The notes under the pieces: model-generated
Seen by the model: only the letters and a program-made list of their open reading frames with translations
Told to the model about the DNA's origin: nothing
The model's database searches: none
Assembly: GCA_041677745.1 (NCBI GenBank)
Contig: JBAYPL010000001.1
Span: forward strand, 1-33,313
DNA: 33,313 nt
DNA from: Candidatus Kapaibacterium sp.
Lineage (GTDB): Bacteria > Bacteroidota > Ignavibacteria > Kapaibacteriales > UBA2268
Direction: 5' to 3'
Translations under genes and position numbers: made by a program
Part shown: positions 8,751 through 18,161 of the stretch, one piece after another
Numbering within the stretch: position 1 is the first letter of the stretch
Layout: every line of letters starts with the position of its first letter

Positions 8751-10832
8751 TTATCCGACGGATTTCAAAATATTAACCTTCTCTGCTTCACCGGCGACAA
8801 TCATGGAGTCATTGGATTTTAGAACATAGTCAGGCTTTGGCAGAGCTTTGATGTCATAGCTTCGTCCCGAAGTAGTTTTAATTGACATTATGTCAACACC
8901 GTATGTGCTTCTTACCTTGAGACCGGCAATTGTTCTGCCGATAAATGATGGTGGAACCTGAATCTCAGCAATGACATAACCCGGCATGAATGCTATGTCA
9001 TGCTCCTTATTTATCTGAGAAATCTTCGATGCAAGGTCTGATGTGTGCTCAATTTTATCCATTTCACGCTGGAGTATTTCGTTAACATCCTTCATCCTAA
9101 GAACTCCGATTTGTTTATTGGGCTGCTCTGAATCCATTACCGGAATTTCCTCAACATTGTGATGTCTGCATAAATTCAATACATCATAGCAATTTGTATG
9201 AATATCAATTCTGGGTACCGACTTATCGGCAATATCTCCGGCGATGACTATATCACGCAAGTGATCCGGGTCAAGTAAATTTTCTTTTAAAGTATTTATG
9301 GTAATAACACCAAGGAAAATTCCTTTCATACTAATCACAGAAACACTCGAATCAGTACCGGAAAGCATTGTATTTGTAATTTCTTTAAAATTTGCATCTT
9401 CTCTAAGCACTGAAAAGTTGTGTGAATATACCTCGCTTACCGGAATTGATTTCAAAACACTATGCTCACCGAACGTTTTAATTTGAATCTTATTCATTAT
9501 CAGCTTAAGAGTATAAACTGATTCTCTTGATAACTTAGAGGAAAGTATCATACTGATACTCACTACTATCATCAGCGGCAGAATGCTCGATGATTGTCTT
9601 GTGAGTTCAAATACCATCAGTATCGCAGTAAGCGGTGCTCTAACTGTACCGGCAATAAGACCGCCCATTGCTATGAAGGCGTAGGAACCTGAATTGAATG
9701 CAATATCGGGATCTATGAAATTCATTGCCTCACCGAAAGTATAACCGGTCATCGCTCCTACAAACAAAGCAGGTGACAACATACCACCGGACCCTCCTGA
9801 CCCGAGTGTTATCGAAGTTGAAACAATTTTGACAAATACGAGCACAAGAGCAGTCAACCAAAAGAAATTGTTATTAAGTGCCAAAGAAATAGATTCATTG
9901 CCTACTCCAATTATCTGAGGGTAAAATACTCCGATTGTTCCAATCATCATACCGCCTATGGCAGGCTTTAGATAATCAGGAATTTTGACTTGTTCACTGA
10001 AAAAACCTTCGAAATAATACAAGCTCTTAATCATCGAATAGGATATCAATCCGCACAAAGCACCGAGTATGAAATAGTTGAAAATCTCGTAACTACTGCT
10101 CATTACAATAGGTGAAACTTGGAATTCTGCAAAATTACCAATATAATGATGTGATATTACTGTGGCAATAACCGATGATATGATAATTGGAAAAAGTTGG
10201 TGTGCTGCGTAATCCATCATTATAACTTCTATGGCAAACAAGGCGCCGGCAATCGGCATATTAAATGTTGCGGCAATACCAGCGGCAGCACCGCAGCCAA
10301 CGAGTGTTCGCAATCTTCTTGCAGGCACTCTGAAGAACTGACCCACAGAAGAACCGATTGAAGCTCCGATATGCACGATAGGACCTTCATATCCGACAGA
10401 ACCGCCGGTGCCGATTGTAACTGCTGATGTTATTGATTTGCCTATTGCTACGACAGGCTTTATTATTCCGCCCTTAGTGAGTAATGATTGAATAACTTCA
10501 CTGACACCATGCCCTTTGGATGCAGGTACTATAAAATGAGCAAAAGGTCCGACGAACAAACCGCCTAAAGTAGGTATTAATATCAGCAAATACCAAGGAG
10601 TTGAAGCTACTTTCTCAAGCATACTACCTTCACCTGAAAATACCTGCTCCGAGATGAATTCTATCAAATATTTGACGCCGACACTGCCAAAACCGGCTAC
10701 CACACCGATAACAACCGACATGAGTATCATGTATATGAATTCAGTCATCTGGATTCGTTCTAAGACTATCTCCGAACCTCTCGACAGACGCAAATAAATA
10801 TAACGAATCCAAATTCTAAGTTTATTCAGCAT
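8751..10832 (-). CDS. ClC family chloride channel / Cl-/H+ exchanger with C-terminal CBS pair and RCK_C (TrkA-C) domain
   Basis: ClC selectivity motifs are present: GHGVSE (GSGIPE-like), GYEGPIVHIGA (GxEGP with the gating Glu) and GGMLSPALFVG (GxFxP-like). These are followed by CBS-like repeats and a terminal RCK_C-like segment (IAEIQVPPSFIGRTIAGLKVRSTYGVDIMSI...MIVAGEAEKV). The exact start is uncertain; an alternative in-frame ATG begins MTEFIYMIL. Confidence 0.85.
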   Translation of the reverse strand: MLNKLRIWIRYIYLRLSRGSEIVLERIQMTEFIYMILMSVVIGVVAGFGSVGVKYLIEFISEQVFSGEGSMLEKVASTPWYLLILIPTLGGLFVGPFAHFIVPASKGHGVSEVIQSLLTKGGIIKPVVAIGKSITSAVTIGTGGSVGYEGPIVHIGASIGSSVGQFFRVPARRLRTLVGCGAAAGIAATFNMPIAGALFAIEVIMMDYAAHQLFPIIISSVIATVISHHYIGNFAEFQVSPIVMSSSYEIFNYFILGALCGLISYSMIKSLYYFEGFFSEQVKIPDYLKPAIGGMMIGTIGVFYPQIIGVGNESISLALNNNFFWLTALVLVFVKIVSTSITLGSGGSGGMLSPALFVGAMTGYTFGEAMNFIDPDIAFNSGSYAFIAMGGLIAGTVRAPLTAILMVFELTRQSSSILPLMIVVSISMILSSKLSRESVYTLKLIMNKIQIKTFGEHSVLKSIPVSEVYSHNFSVLREDANFKEITNTMLSGTDSSVSVISMKGIFLGVITINTLKENLLDPDHLRDIVIAGDIADKSVPRIDIHTNCYDVLNLCRHHNVEEIPVMDSEQPNKQIGVLRMKDVNEILQREMDKIEHTSDLASKISQINKEHDIAFMPGYVIAEIQVPPSFIGRTIAGLKVRSTYGVDIMSIKTTSGRSYDIKALPKPDYVLKSNDSMIVAGEAEKVNILKSVG

Positions 10833-10951
10833 TTTTAATTAGAAAATTAACACAGTATAAGTCTAAAAGTATAGATTTTTTTTTCTATAAACAAGTATAA
10901 CTTGAAATTTTATCAAAATTAAATTTAATCAGACTATAGATTTGCTGATAT

Positions 10952-11923
10952 TCATTTTCGAGAGCTCAGAAATGCTCTTAATAAATTTTCTACCTCTTTG
11001 CTGTTGCCAAAGTCGTCCGAAAGCAGTGATGATTGCTCCTGTACATTACGGTGAACAGTACTGCTTTCGCCGTCTGCTCTACTGTACATCACAGTGAATG
11101 CATAAGTCAATAAAACCGAGAACTCCAGACCGAGTGCAAAAAATACAAGGGACGGCTCTGTTGATGGTATGAATTTAAGTCCGCGCATACCGATTATGAT
11201 GATTAATACTGCAGCCCCAATATATACCAAACCTAATACTACATTGCTGTATTTATCGGTAAAGTAAAAACGCAGATAAAATTTCAGGCTTGTCCATGAA
11301 TTAAACATCCTGAATATAAAATTGCTCTCTCGCCAAATAAGCACTTTTTGAAGATATTGTAAATCTTCAGAGAAAATATTCCAATCTTCAGCTAAGTCAA
11401 GAAGTTCTTTAGTGTCAGCTTGCAAAATTCGATTACAGAATTCTTTATTGTCGTCATCGGAATAAGTCCCGAATATATTAAAATGCCAGCTGTCGAGAAC
11501 ATTCATCACCTCACGCTCTATCTTTTGGCGCATCAGACCTGTTTTGACAGGAAAGTTAGAAGTTAGCATCAATGCCAAAAGAAATGAAAATAAAGTTGTT
11601 GGCAGAAATAAAGATAAAAATGGATTGAACCAATATCTTGCTTCCTGTGGAGTACCGATATATATGTCAATTGCCCATCGAGTATAATACCTCGTTGCAA
11701 AAGCCGGCTGACTGAGTTCTTTTGTGAAAGCTACTTCTTCGCCACGATTGTAAACTTTACCCTTAAGGTATTCTTCGACCATGACTGTTTGAAGAAAGGG
11801 CAACAATGTCTCGAATACCACTACGGCAATAACCGCAAATGATGCAGCGAAAATTAAGTATTGCAGAATGTTATGCTTAAACAAATTGTAATAGGACCTT
11901 CTTGCAGCGTTTTCAGTATTCAT
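10952..11923 (-). CDS. Hypothetical integral membrane protein (about 5 TM with a roughly 90-aa soluble insert), family not recognised
   Basis: 323-aa ORF with hydrophobic segments (ILQYLIFAASFAVIAVVVF; FLSLFLPTTLFSFLLALML; VVLGLVYIGAAVLIIIIGM; LVFFALGLEFSVLLTYAF) and a charged helical insert. I can name no motif. Confidence 0.55.
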   Translation of the reverse strand: MNTENAARRSYYNLFKHNILQYLIFAASFAVIAVVVFETLLPFLQTVMVEEYLKGKVYNRGEEVAFTKELSQPAFATRYYTRWAIDIYIGTPQEARYWFNPFLSLFLPTTLFSFLLALMLTSNFPVKTGLMRQKIEREVMNVLDSWHFNIFGTYSDDDNKEFCNRILQADTKELLDLAEDWNIFSEDLQYLQKVLIWRESNFIFRMFNSWTSLKFYLRFYFTDKYSNVVLGLVYIGAAVLIIIIGMRGLKFIPSTEPSLVFFALGLEFSVLLTYAFTVMYSRADGESSTVHRNVQEQSSLLSDDFGNSKEVENLLRAFLSSRK

Positions 11924-12088
11924 CTATTCACTAAAATATGAAAAATTTCATGATGTATAAGATACCAAAATACTAAATATATTTTGATTGATAAAATTAT
12001 TTATTCAAATCACGAGATTTTAATCATATTGTATAATTATATTTAAGTAGTGAAATATTCAATAACTTATAATAGATTTTTCTTAAAG

Positions 12089-12192
12089 TGCGAATGCTGA
12101 CAATTAAATCAATCTGATAATAACTCCGGTATTATTATTTATAATGATTATCAATTTAAAAAATTTAAACTGAACCATGGATTGCGAATGCT
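12089..12192. repeat. Direct repeat of TGCGAATGCT (12089..12098 and 12183..12192), each followed by CA(A)TTAAA
   Basis: Read directly: an exact 10-mer occurs twice, 94 bp apart. These are the only GC-containing islands in a very AT-rich 348-bp divergent intergenic region. Confidence 0.4.
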
Positions 12193-12271
12193 CATTAAAC
12201 CGTTAATATAACTGTATTTATCAAAAATTGTAAAAAATATTTTTTTGGTAATGAAATAATTATTATATTTA

Positions 12272-13075
12272 ATGTGTATGAGATGCATAATAACAATATT
12301 GATTATCATTTTACTTTATAGTGTTCGGCTGACAGCTGAAAAAGGAGAAGATGAGAATAAGTGGAGGATAAAGTCAATAGTATTTATATCCGGAGGTCTT
12401 CCATTCAGTACCGGTTCACCCGATTTCTTTTCGGTATATAATAATGAATTCAGCAGCCAAACGAAGGATATAAAGCTAAGACCTTTATTCGCAGGAGGAA
12501 CAAAGCTTAGGTTTGATAATTTTCGTTTAGGAGCTCAGTTCCATGTTTATCATTTTGATCTGAGAGATACTTATGAAGAATATAATCCGACAAGTACAAT
12601 CAGTAACTACAGAGTTTACGGGCAGACCATGAGTATCAGCGATATACCGATAGTCTTGACAGCTGAGTACATGCCGTTTGTTTCTCAATTCAGAACTTAT
12701 GTAGGAGGAGGATTGGGATTTTTACTTCGCAGGACAGAGTGGATAGAAACTGTCAGAAGTGATTTTCCGCTTGACCCGAGGGTAGGTGGTTTGAATTATG
12801 ATGATACTGATATTCTGCCATTTTTAAAGTTCTACTCAGGATTGGAGCTTGGCTTTGACAAACATTCGGAGGATACTTTTCTTGGTAGTTTGATGATTGA
12901 AGTTTCTTACAATTATTCTTTTGGAGGCGTGGACATGTTCAATCGAGTTAAGAAACAGTTTGTACCAGCGGAGCCGAGATTAGATGAATCTTATAATATC
13001 ATGCCCGGCTATATTGCGATTACTTTAGGCTTGACATTTAATTTTAACAGGAAACAAACAATTATAAAACAATGA
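12272..13075 (+). CDS. Hypothetical outer-membrane beta-barrel-like protein
   Basis: Signal-peptide-like N-terminus (IITILIIILLYSVRLTA). Alternating amphipathic strands are rich in Y/F/G (LGAQFHVYHF, YVGGGLGFLL, GLELGFD, LMIEVSYNYSFGG, GYIAITLGLTFNF), typical of small OMP barrels. No specific family recognised. Confidence 0.5.
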   Translation: MCMRCIITILIIILLYSVRLTAEKGEDENKWRIKSIVFISGGLPFSTGSPDFFSVYNNEFSSQTKDIKLRPLFAGGTKLRFDNFRLGAQFHVYHFDLRDTYEEYNPTSTISNYRVYGQTMSISDIPIVLTAEYMPFVSQFRTYVGGGLGFLLRRTEWIETVRSDFPLDPRVGGLNYDDTDILPFLKFYSGLELGFDKHSEDTFLGSLMIEVSYNYSFGGVDMFNRVKKQFVPAEPRLDESYNIMPGYIAITLGLTFNFNRKQTIIKQ

Positions 13076-13245
13076 TACGCTCAGTTCGTATTAATGTTAT
13101 AGTTCTTTGATAATCATTGTCATGTTGTCATTAGTTGTTGCTACGTACCTTGAACTTATATTTTCAGTACTTAGCAGAGGATTGTTGGTCAGCATGAATA
13201 CTGAATTCACGGATTTTTTAATCATTAAAATTTTGAGAGGTAGTT

Positions 13246-13557
13246 ATGAAAACCCAGATAACTTTCAGACATACGAATTCTTCACATCCAAGACTCCAAG
13301 AGGAAGCTCTGCAGGTAGCGAACGGTTTTACAAAGTATCACGACGGAATTATCTCTACAAATGTAGAGTTCATAAATGAAGTAAATAAAACCGTAGAAAT
13401 TACGGTACATCTGCAAGGAACTACCGTTGTCGGAAAGGTTGATTCAGATGATTTCCATAAGAGTCTGCACGATGCCTCCGAAAAGGTAGTCCGACAGATT
13501 CAAAAGTATAAGACCAAAATTATTAGTAATAGAACGAAAGATCTTGAATTAGTATAA
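13246..13557 (+). CDS. hpf: Ribosome hibernation promoting factor / RaiA family (short form)
   Basis: 103 aa. MKTQITFRHTNSSHPRLQEEA...VEITVHLQGTTVVGKVDSDDFHKSLHDASEKVVRQIQKYKTK matches the S30AE/HPF pattern. A GAGG Shine-Dalgarno lies upstream of the ATG. Confidence 0.85.
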   Translation: MKTQITFRHTNSSHPRLQEEALQVANGFTKYHDGIISTNVEFINEVNKTVEITVHLQGTTVVGKVDSDDFHKSLHDASEKVVRQIQKYKTKIISNRTKDLELV

Positions 13558-13564
13558 ATTTTAG

Positions 13565-13590
13565 GCTGCCTTAGGGCAGCTTTTTTTTTT
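13565..13590 (+). terminator. Rho-independent terminator of hpf
   Basis: GCTGCC, loop TTAG, GGCAGC, followed by a 10-nt T-run immediately after the hpf stop. Confidence 0.85.
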
Positions 13591-13688
13591 CTTTACTTTT
13601 ATCCAAGTATAAAAAAATCACTTGATTGTAGTCTTAATAATATTTATTATTTTTAAATTATTTGTCACATAAATTTTCCGATAAAACA

Positions 13689-14150
13689 ATGGAAACCAAG
13701 AAGAGAGAGACTTTAAAAAATGCAGGAGAATTTTTGGAATTGAATACTTTCGGTATTATAGGTGTATCATCAAATACCCATAAATTCGGCAATAACATTT
13801 TTCGTGAATTGATTGCTAAAAATTATAAAGTTTATCAGATACACAATTTACATAAGATATTAAATAACCATGAATGCTATTCAAATCCGGTTGATATTCC
13901 TGAGAAAATAGAAGGATTGATAATAAGTGTCAGAAAGGACAGAGTCAAACAGATTATTAATGATTATCATAATCAAGGCATAGAGAATTTCTGGATACAG
14001 CAAGGTTCGGAATCAAGTGAAGTCAAGGAATTTTGTAAGGAAAGAAAAATTAAGGCTGTGCATGGAAAATGTATTCTTATGTTTGCACAGCCTGTAAATT
14101 CAATACATAAAGTTCATCGGACATTATGGAATTGGTTCGGCAGAAGCTGA
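13689..14150 (+). CDS. CoA-binding domain protein (YccU/YneT-like)
   Basis: FGIIGVSSNTHKFGNNIFRELIAKNYKVYQIH plus later FWIQQGSES match the CoA_binding_2 pattern. The track start (13662) is a TTG; the ATG at 13689 is preferred. Confidence 0.7.
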   Translation: METKKRETLKNAGEFLELNTFGIIGVSSNTHKFGNNIFRELIAKNYKVYQIHNLHKILNNHECYSNPVDIPEKIEGLIISVRKDRVKQIINDYHNQGIENFWIQQGSESSEVKEFCKERKIKAVHGKCILMFAQPVNSIHKVHRTLWNWFGRS

Positions 14151-14152
14151 GA

Positions 14153-15025
14153 TTATTCCAAAGTACCGAATTTACCGTTTCTGTAGTCTTCATAAGCCTG
14201 CATGATTTCTTCTTTTGTATTCATTACAAAAGGACCGTAGGCAACTATTGTTTCATCAATCGGTTCACCGCTTAGAATCAGTATCTTGGCATTTTCGGAT
14301 GCAGTTAAAGTAAAATCACTTCCCGAATTCTCAAATAATGCAAACTGATTCTCGGTAACCTCAGTTTGATGATTTATTGTAATTCTTCCTTCAACAAGCA
14401 ATAAGCCGGTATTATGATTTTCAGGGAATGAAAAGTCAAGTTCTGTGTCTTTTGCAATCTTCACATCAAACAATGAAATCGGAACGAAACATTCAGCTTT
14501 ACCCTTTATGCCTTTATACTCACCACAAACAACATGTACGGTTGCTGATTTGTCGTGGTTGTGATATTTACTACCTTCATCATAAGTAAGCTCTTGATAT
14601 TTTGGTTCAGTCATCTTAAACTTCTTAGGTAAATTTACCCACAGCTGTACCATCTGGAAATCACCACCTTTAGCATTGAACTCCTTTTCGTGATATTCCT
14701 TGTGTAAAATACCTTTACCGGCAGTCATCCATTGCACATCACCTTCACCAATAATACCACCGTTGCCGGCACTGTCATGATGAGCTATTTTTCCTCGGTA
14801 AGCAACAGTTACGGTCTCTATGCCACGGTGTGGGTGAACATCTACTCCACGTGGAATTTCGCTCGGGGGAAATTCAAACTTAGATGCATAATCCATGACA
14901 AAAAACGGACTCATTCTGTACATTCCGATGTCGGTATTTCCGGGGAAAAAATTATGCACTCTAAAGCCGTTACCAACCCAATGAAATTGTGGCGGAGGAT
15001 ATATTTTCTGAACATTACGAATCAT
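14153..15025 (-). CDS. Pirin family bicupin protein
   Basis: HPHRGIETVTVAYRGKIAHHDSAGNGGIIGEGDVQWMTAGKGILHKE is the pirin N-terminal cupin metal-binding signature. Length is 290 aa. The start overlaps the upstream gene stop by 4 nt (ATGA). Confidence 0.9.
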   Translation of the reverse strand: MIRNVQKIYPPPQFHWVGNGFRVHNFFPGNTDIGMYRMSPFFVMDYASKFEFPPSEIPRGVDVHPHRGIETVTVAYRGKIAHHDSAGNGGIIGEGDVQWMTAGKGILHKEYHEKEFNAKGGDFQMVQLWVNLPKKFKMTEPKYQELTYDEGSKYHNHDKSATVHVVCGEYKGIKGKAECFVPISLFDVKIAKDTELDFSFPENHNTGLLLVEGRITINHQTEVTENQFALFENSGSDFTLTASENAKILILSGEPIDETIVAYGPFVMNTKEEIMQAYEDYRNGKFGTLE

Positions 15026-16974
15026 TTTTTCACTCTTATTTTAATTGAACGATTTAAAAATCTTCCCTGTGGTGTTTCATCAGAGAATTTATCTATATTT
15101 GTATTTGTTTCGATATTGAGACGATTACCGGCAATTTTTTTAATAAATATTTCAGTCTTTTTTGCTCTGTCAGAAGCTAGTTGTCTGTTGTGCTCAGCTG
15201 TGCCTAATGTATCGGCACTTCCAATTATCAATATTGTAGAACCGTCCGGCAATTTTTGCACAAGTTGTTTGAGTAGAGCTTCGTTCTCGCTAGTCAAATC
15301 ACTGCTGTTATAATTGAAACGCAGAACAGCTTCGAAATTTTTAAGTGATAAATCTACTACTTCATTGGTTAATTCATTTATATTAACAATTTTATCATCA
15401 GACTTCTCGACACCGTTGACATTCACGTCAGTTCTAATTTTGAACTCTTCGGCTCCTTGATTTAGTCTTTGTTTTATGGTAAATTGCTGTATGCCCGGTC
15501 CTGAAGCGCTTCTGTGCTCATCATTTATCTTAATCATTGCCTTAGTGCCGGGAGGGAAATTGCCGTATTGTAAATTTAGTACCAGCTTTCCATTAAATTC
15601 TCGGTAATTTTGGATATCTACATACTGTTGCAATGGTGCTTCCGTGACCCAAATGTCAACTCTACGGTTTTCCTCTACACCTTCGGGATATTGCTGATTA
15701 GAAGGATATTGTGGTGAAATCAAAGCCCTAAAAGATATACGCGAAGGTGATATACCCAAGTCAACAAATGCTTGCTTAACAGCATCAGTACGAGCCTTAG
15801 ACAACTCAAGTCCTTTCGGTTCATGTTCCGGTCCGGATGTGGCTCCTTCCAATAATATCCTTGAATTAGGATGATTATTTAGTATCGTGCAAATCGCAGG
15901 AATGATATTCCTATGAAAGTCCACCGGGTTTCCGTTGTACAAATCCATACCGGGTTGATTTATAAGCTTATAATAATCAGGAATTTCTGCAGAATTATTT
16001 TCAAAAAATATAGAATTTACTAATGGCATAGTTGCTAAAAGTTCATTTCCTGATTCAATTCTGGATTCAGTTATTATTTCTGTACTTAATTCAATATAAG
16101 GTTGTGGAGGCTTAGGTACTTCTTCGACAATAATAGTAGGACTTTTCTGTTCCGGCTCGTCAATAATAGTTTCTGGAACTGTGATTACATCGTCAGATTG
16201 GCTGATTGAAAAACGCAAGCCTAATTCAAGTCTCACGGCATAAGTTGTCCAATCGGTTTCTTTTACAATGTTATTAAAATTATAATCGAAAATAATCTGT
16301 TGAGTAAAGAAGTTACCGTTGCCAATGTTCAACAAATTTTCTATTCCAGCACTGATACCTGTCTGTAAAGAAGTATTTGTTATTTCGCCGGATGCCAAAT
16401 CTCTAATAGTTGTTCTTCTCCCATCAGGATTTATGAAAACTGCATTTTCAGGTGAAACAATAGATTCCTCTTGTGTAAAATTCATACTTACAGGTATTCC
16501 AAACCGTAAGCCTGCAGAAATTCTCAATGGACCATTGATGAATTTATTGCTGATCAATAATCTTATTTCAGGATTAATTTCAACATAAGATATTTGAGCG
16601 TCCAAGCTGTTTCTCAGTGTTACCATGCTTATATTGCCCGTACTGTTGTCACGGGATTCGAAAGTATTATTTATTGATGACAAAGCACTTCTGTCTGCAT
16701 AAAATAGACCGAGACCTAATTGGTAAAGTCTGTCGAAATCTTTTTCGACAAAAATACCGCCGCTCCATCCCATAGCTATACCCTTTGTAAAAATTCCGCA
16801 ATCAACACTTCCTTGAAAGCTGCTGAAATTGGAAGTATAGTTATTACTGAGCAATCCCGCTCTGGGGTGAAGAGCAATTATTTCATTTTCGAAAACACTT
16901 TCTCGTGCCGATAAATCACCGGCTATGCCGATGAATAACAAAGCTATAAGTATGTAAGTAATAGTTTTAATCAT
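15022..16974 (-). CDS. OmpA-family protein: N-terminal beta-barrel-like region plus two tandem OmpA-like peptidoglycan-binding domains
   Basis: Signal peptide MIKTITYILIALLFIGIAG. First OmpA-like domain: FFENNSAEI...ILLEGATSG...LSKARTDAVKQAFVDLGI...NRRVDIWV. Second: LRFNYNSSDL...ILIIGSADTLGTAEHNRQLASDRAKKTEIFI...NRSIKIRV. The ATG at 16974 is preferred over the TTG at 16983. Confidence 0.8.
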   Translation of the reverse strand: MIKTITYILIALLFIGIAGDLSARESVFENEIIALHPRAGLLSNNYTSNFSSFQGSVDCGIFTKGIAMGWSGGIFVEKDFDRLYQLGLGLFYADRSALSSINNTFESRDNSTGNISMVTLRNSLDAQISYVEINPEIRLLISNKFINGPLRISAGLRFGIPVSMNFTQEESIVSPENAVFINPDGRRTTIRDLASGEITNTSLQTGISAGIENLLNIGNGNFFTQQIIFDYNFNNIVKETDWTTYAVRLELGLRFSISQSDDVITVPETIIDEPEQKSPTIIVEEVPKPPQPYIELSTEIITESRIESGNELLATMPLVNSIFFENNSAEIPDYYKLINQPGMDLYNGNPVDFHRNIIPAICTILNNHPNSRILLEGATSGPEHEPKGLELSKARTDAVKQAFVDLGISPSRISFRALISPQYPSNQQYPEGVEENRRVDIWVTEAPLQQYVDIQNYREFNGKLVLNLQYGNFPPGTKAMIKINDEHRSASGPGIQQFTIKQRLNQGAEEFKIRTDVNVNGVEKSDDKIVNINELTNEVVDLSLKNFEAVLRFNYNSSDLTSENEALLKQLVQKLPDGSTILIIGSADTLGTAEHNRQLASDRAKKTEIFIKKIAGNRLNIETNTNIDKFSDETPQGRFLNRSIKIRVKK

Positions 16975-17176
16975 TGTCAACAAAAAAATAAGTACAAACC
17001 AATCGAACTCTTAAAAATACGAAATAATAACATTATATTGGACTTTTGCAAAGAAAATAATATAATTCTTCCGTAAACCTTTATAATTTCGTTTCTTTAT
17101 GGAATTCACCACACTAACATTTGATTTTTTTCGTATCCTTAAAAAAAATATATTCACAACGAACCGGAATATTTAC

Positions 17177-18115
17177 ATGAGCGAAAAAGAAAGACTTGAA
17201 GAATTTCAGGCAAAGATAGATGCCGGCGAAAAAATCGAACCACGTGATTGGATGCCTGATGCTTACAGAAAAAACCTTATTAGAATGATTTCTCAACATG
17301 CCCATTCTGAAATAGTCGGCATGTTGCCTGAAGGTAACTGGATTACTCGAGCCCCAAGTTTGAGACGTAAACTGATTCTTCTTGCTAAAGCACAAGATGA
17401 AGCAGGTCATGGCTTATATCTTTACAGTGCAGCCGAAACATTAGGCGTATCAAGAGAAGAATTAGTAAATAATCTGTTGACAGGCAAAGCAAAATATTCC
17501 AGTATATTCAATTATCCAACACTGACATGGGCTGATATTGGTGCAATAGGCTGGCTTGTTGACGGTGCTGCTATGGTGAACCAAGTAAGTTTGATTCGTA
17601 CTTCTTACGGACCATATTCACGTGCAATGATTAGAATCTGCAAAGAGGAAGCTTTTCATAATCGTCAAGGTTACGAACTCATCGCAGAGTTATGCAATGG
17701 AAGCGCTGAACAAAAACAAATGGCTCAAGATGCGTTGAACCGTTGGTGGTGGCCTTCTATTATGATGTTTGGACCTGATGATAATTTGTCTGTGCATTCC
17801 GAGCAATCATTAAAATGGAAAATTAAGACTGAGAGCAATGAATCATTGAGACAGAAATTTATCAATATGACAGTACCGCAAGCCGAAGCAAGAGGTCTTA
17901 CAATACCTGACCCGGATTTGAAATATCATCCTGAGACTAAAACTTATTCTTATGGTAAGGTTGACTGGGACGAATTCTTCAATGTTATAAAAGGTAACGG
18001 ACCAATGAATAAGCAGAGGCTGAAATCTCGAAACAAAGCCCATGATCAAGGTGCATGGGTACGTGAGGCGGCAGAAGCATATGCTGCAAAAAAATCATCA
18101 AAAGATGTAGCGTGA
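17177..18115 (+). CDS. paaA: 1,2-phenylacetyl-CoA epoxidase catalytic subunit A
   Basis: [67 protein letters not shown] aligns almost residue-for-residue with my recollection of enterobacterial PaaA. The diiron motifs DEAGH and EEAFH are present. The true start is the ATG at 17177 ([10 protein letters not shown]), not the track start at 17099. Confidence 0.95.
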   Translation: MSEKERLEEFQAKIDAGEKIEPRDWMPDAYRKNLIRMISQHAHSEIVGMLPEGNWITRAPSLRRKLILLAKAQDEAGHGLYLYSAAETLGVSREELVNNLLTGKAKYSSIFNYPTLTWADIGAIGWLVDGAAMVNQVSLIRTSYGPYSRAMIRICKEEAFHNRQGYELIAELCNGSAEQKQMAQDALNRWWWPSIMMFGPDDNLSVHSEQSLKWKIKTESNESLRQKFINMTVPQAEARGLTIPDPDLKYHPETKTYSYGKVDWDEFFNVIKGNGPMNKQRLKSRNKAHDQGAWVREAAEAYAAKKSSKDVA

Positions 18116-18161
18116 CACCATAATCTGTAAATAATTTCAAAAACAAATAGAACGAGTAATC

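Noticed and set aside
13107-13379. 90-aa ORF upstream of and overlapping hpf.
   Set aside because: It overlaps the well-supported hpf reading frame out of frame. It has no RBS and no recognisable fold. The hpf ATG at 13246 has its own GAGG Shine-Dalgarno.
14732-15313. 193-aa plus-strand ORF spanning the pirin/OmpA junction on the opposite strand. It is unusually long for an antisense ORF in AT-rich DNA.
   Set aside because: It is fully antisense to two well-supported genes. It has no Shine-Dalgarno or recognisable motif, and its composition is low-complexity (S/F/I/L-rich), typical of shadow frames.
17099-17176. 26-codon N-terminal extension of paaA in the ORF track ([14 protein letters not shown]...).
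   Set aside because: Similarity to PaaA begins exactly at the internal Met ([10 protein letters not shown]...). The extension is an AT-rich translation of the promoter region.
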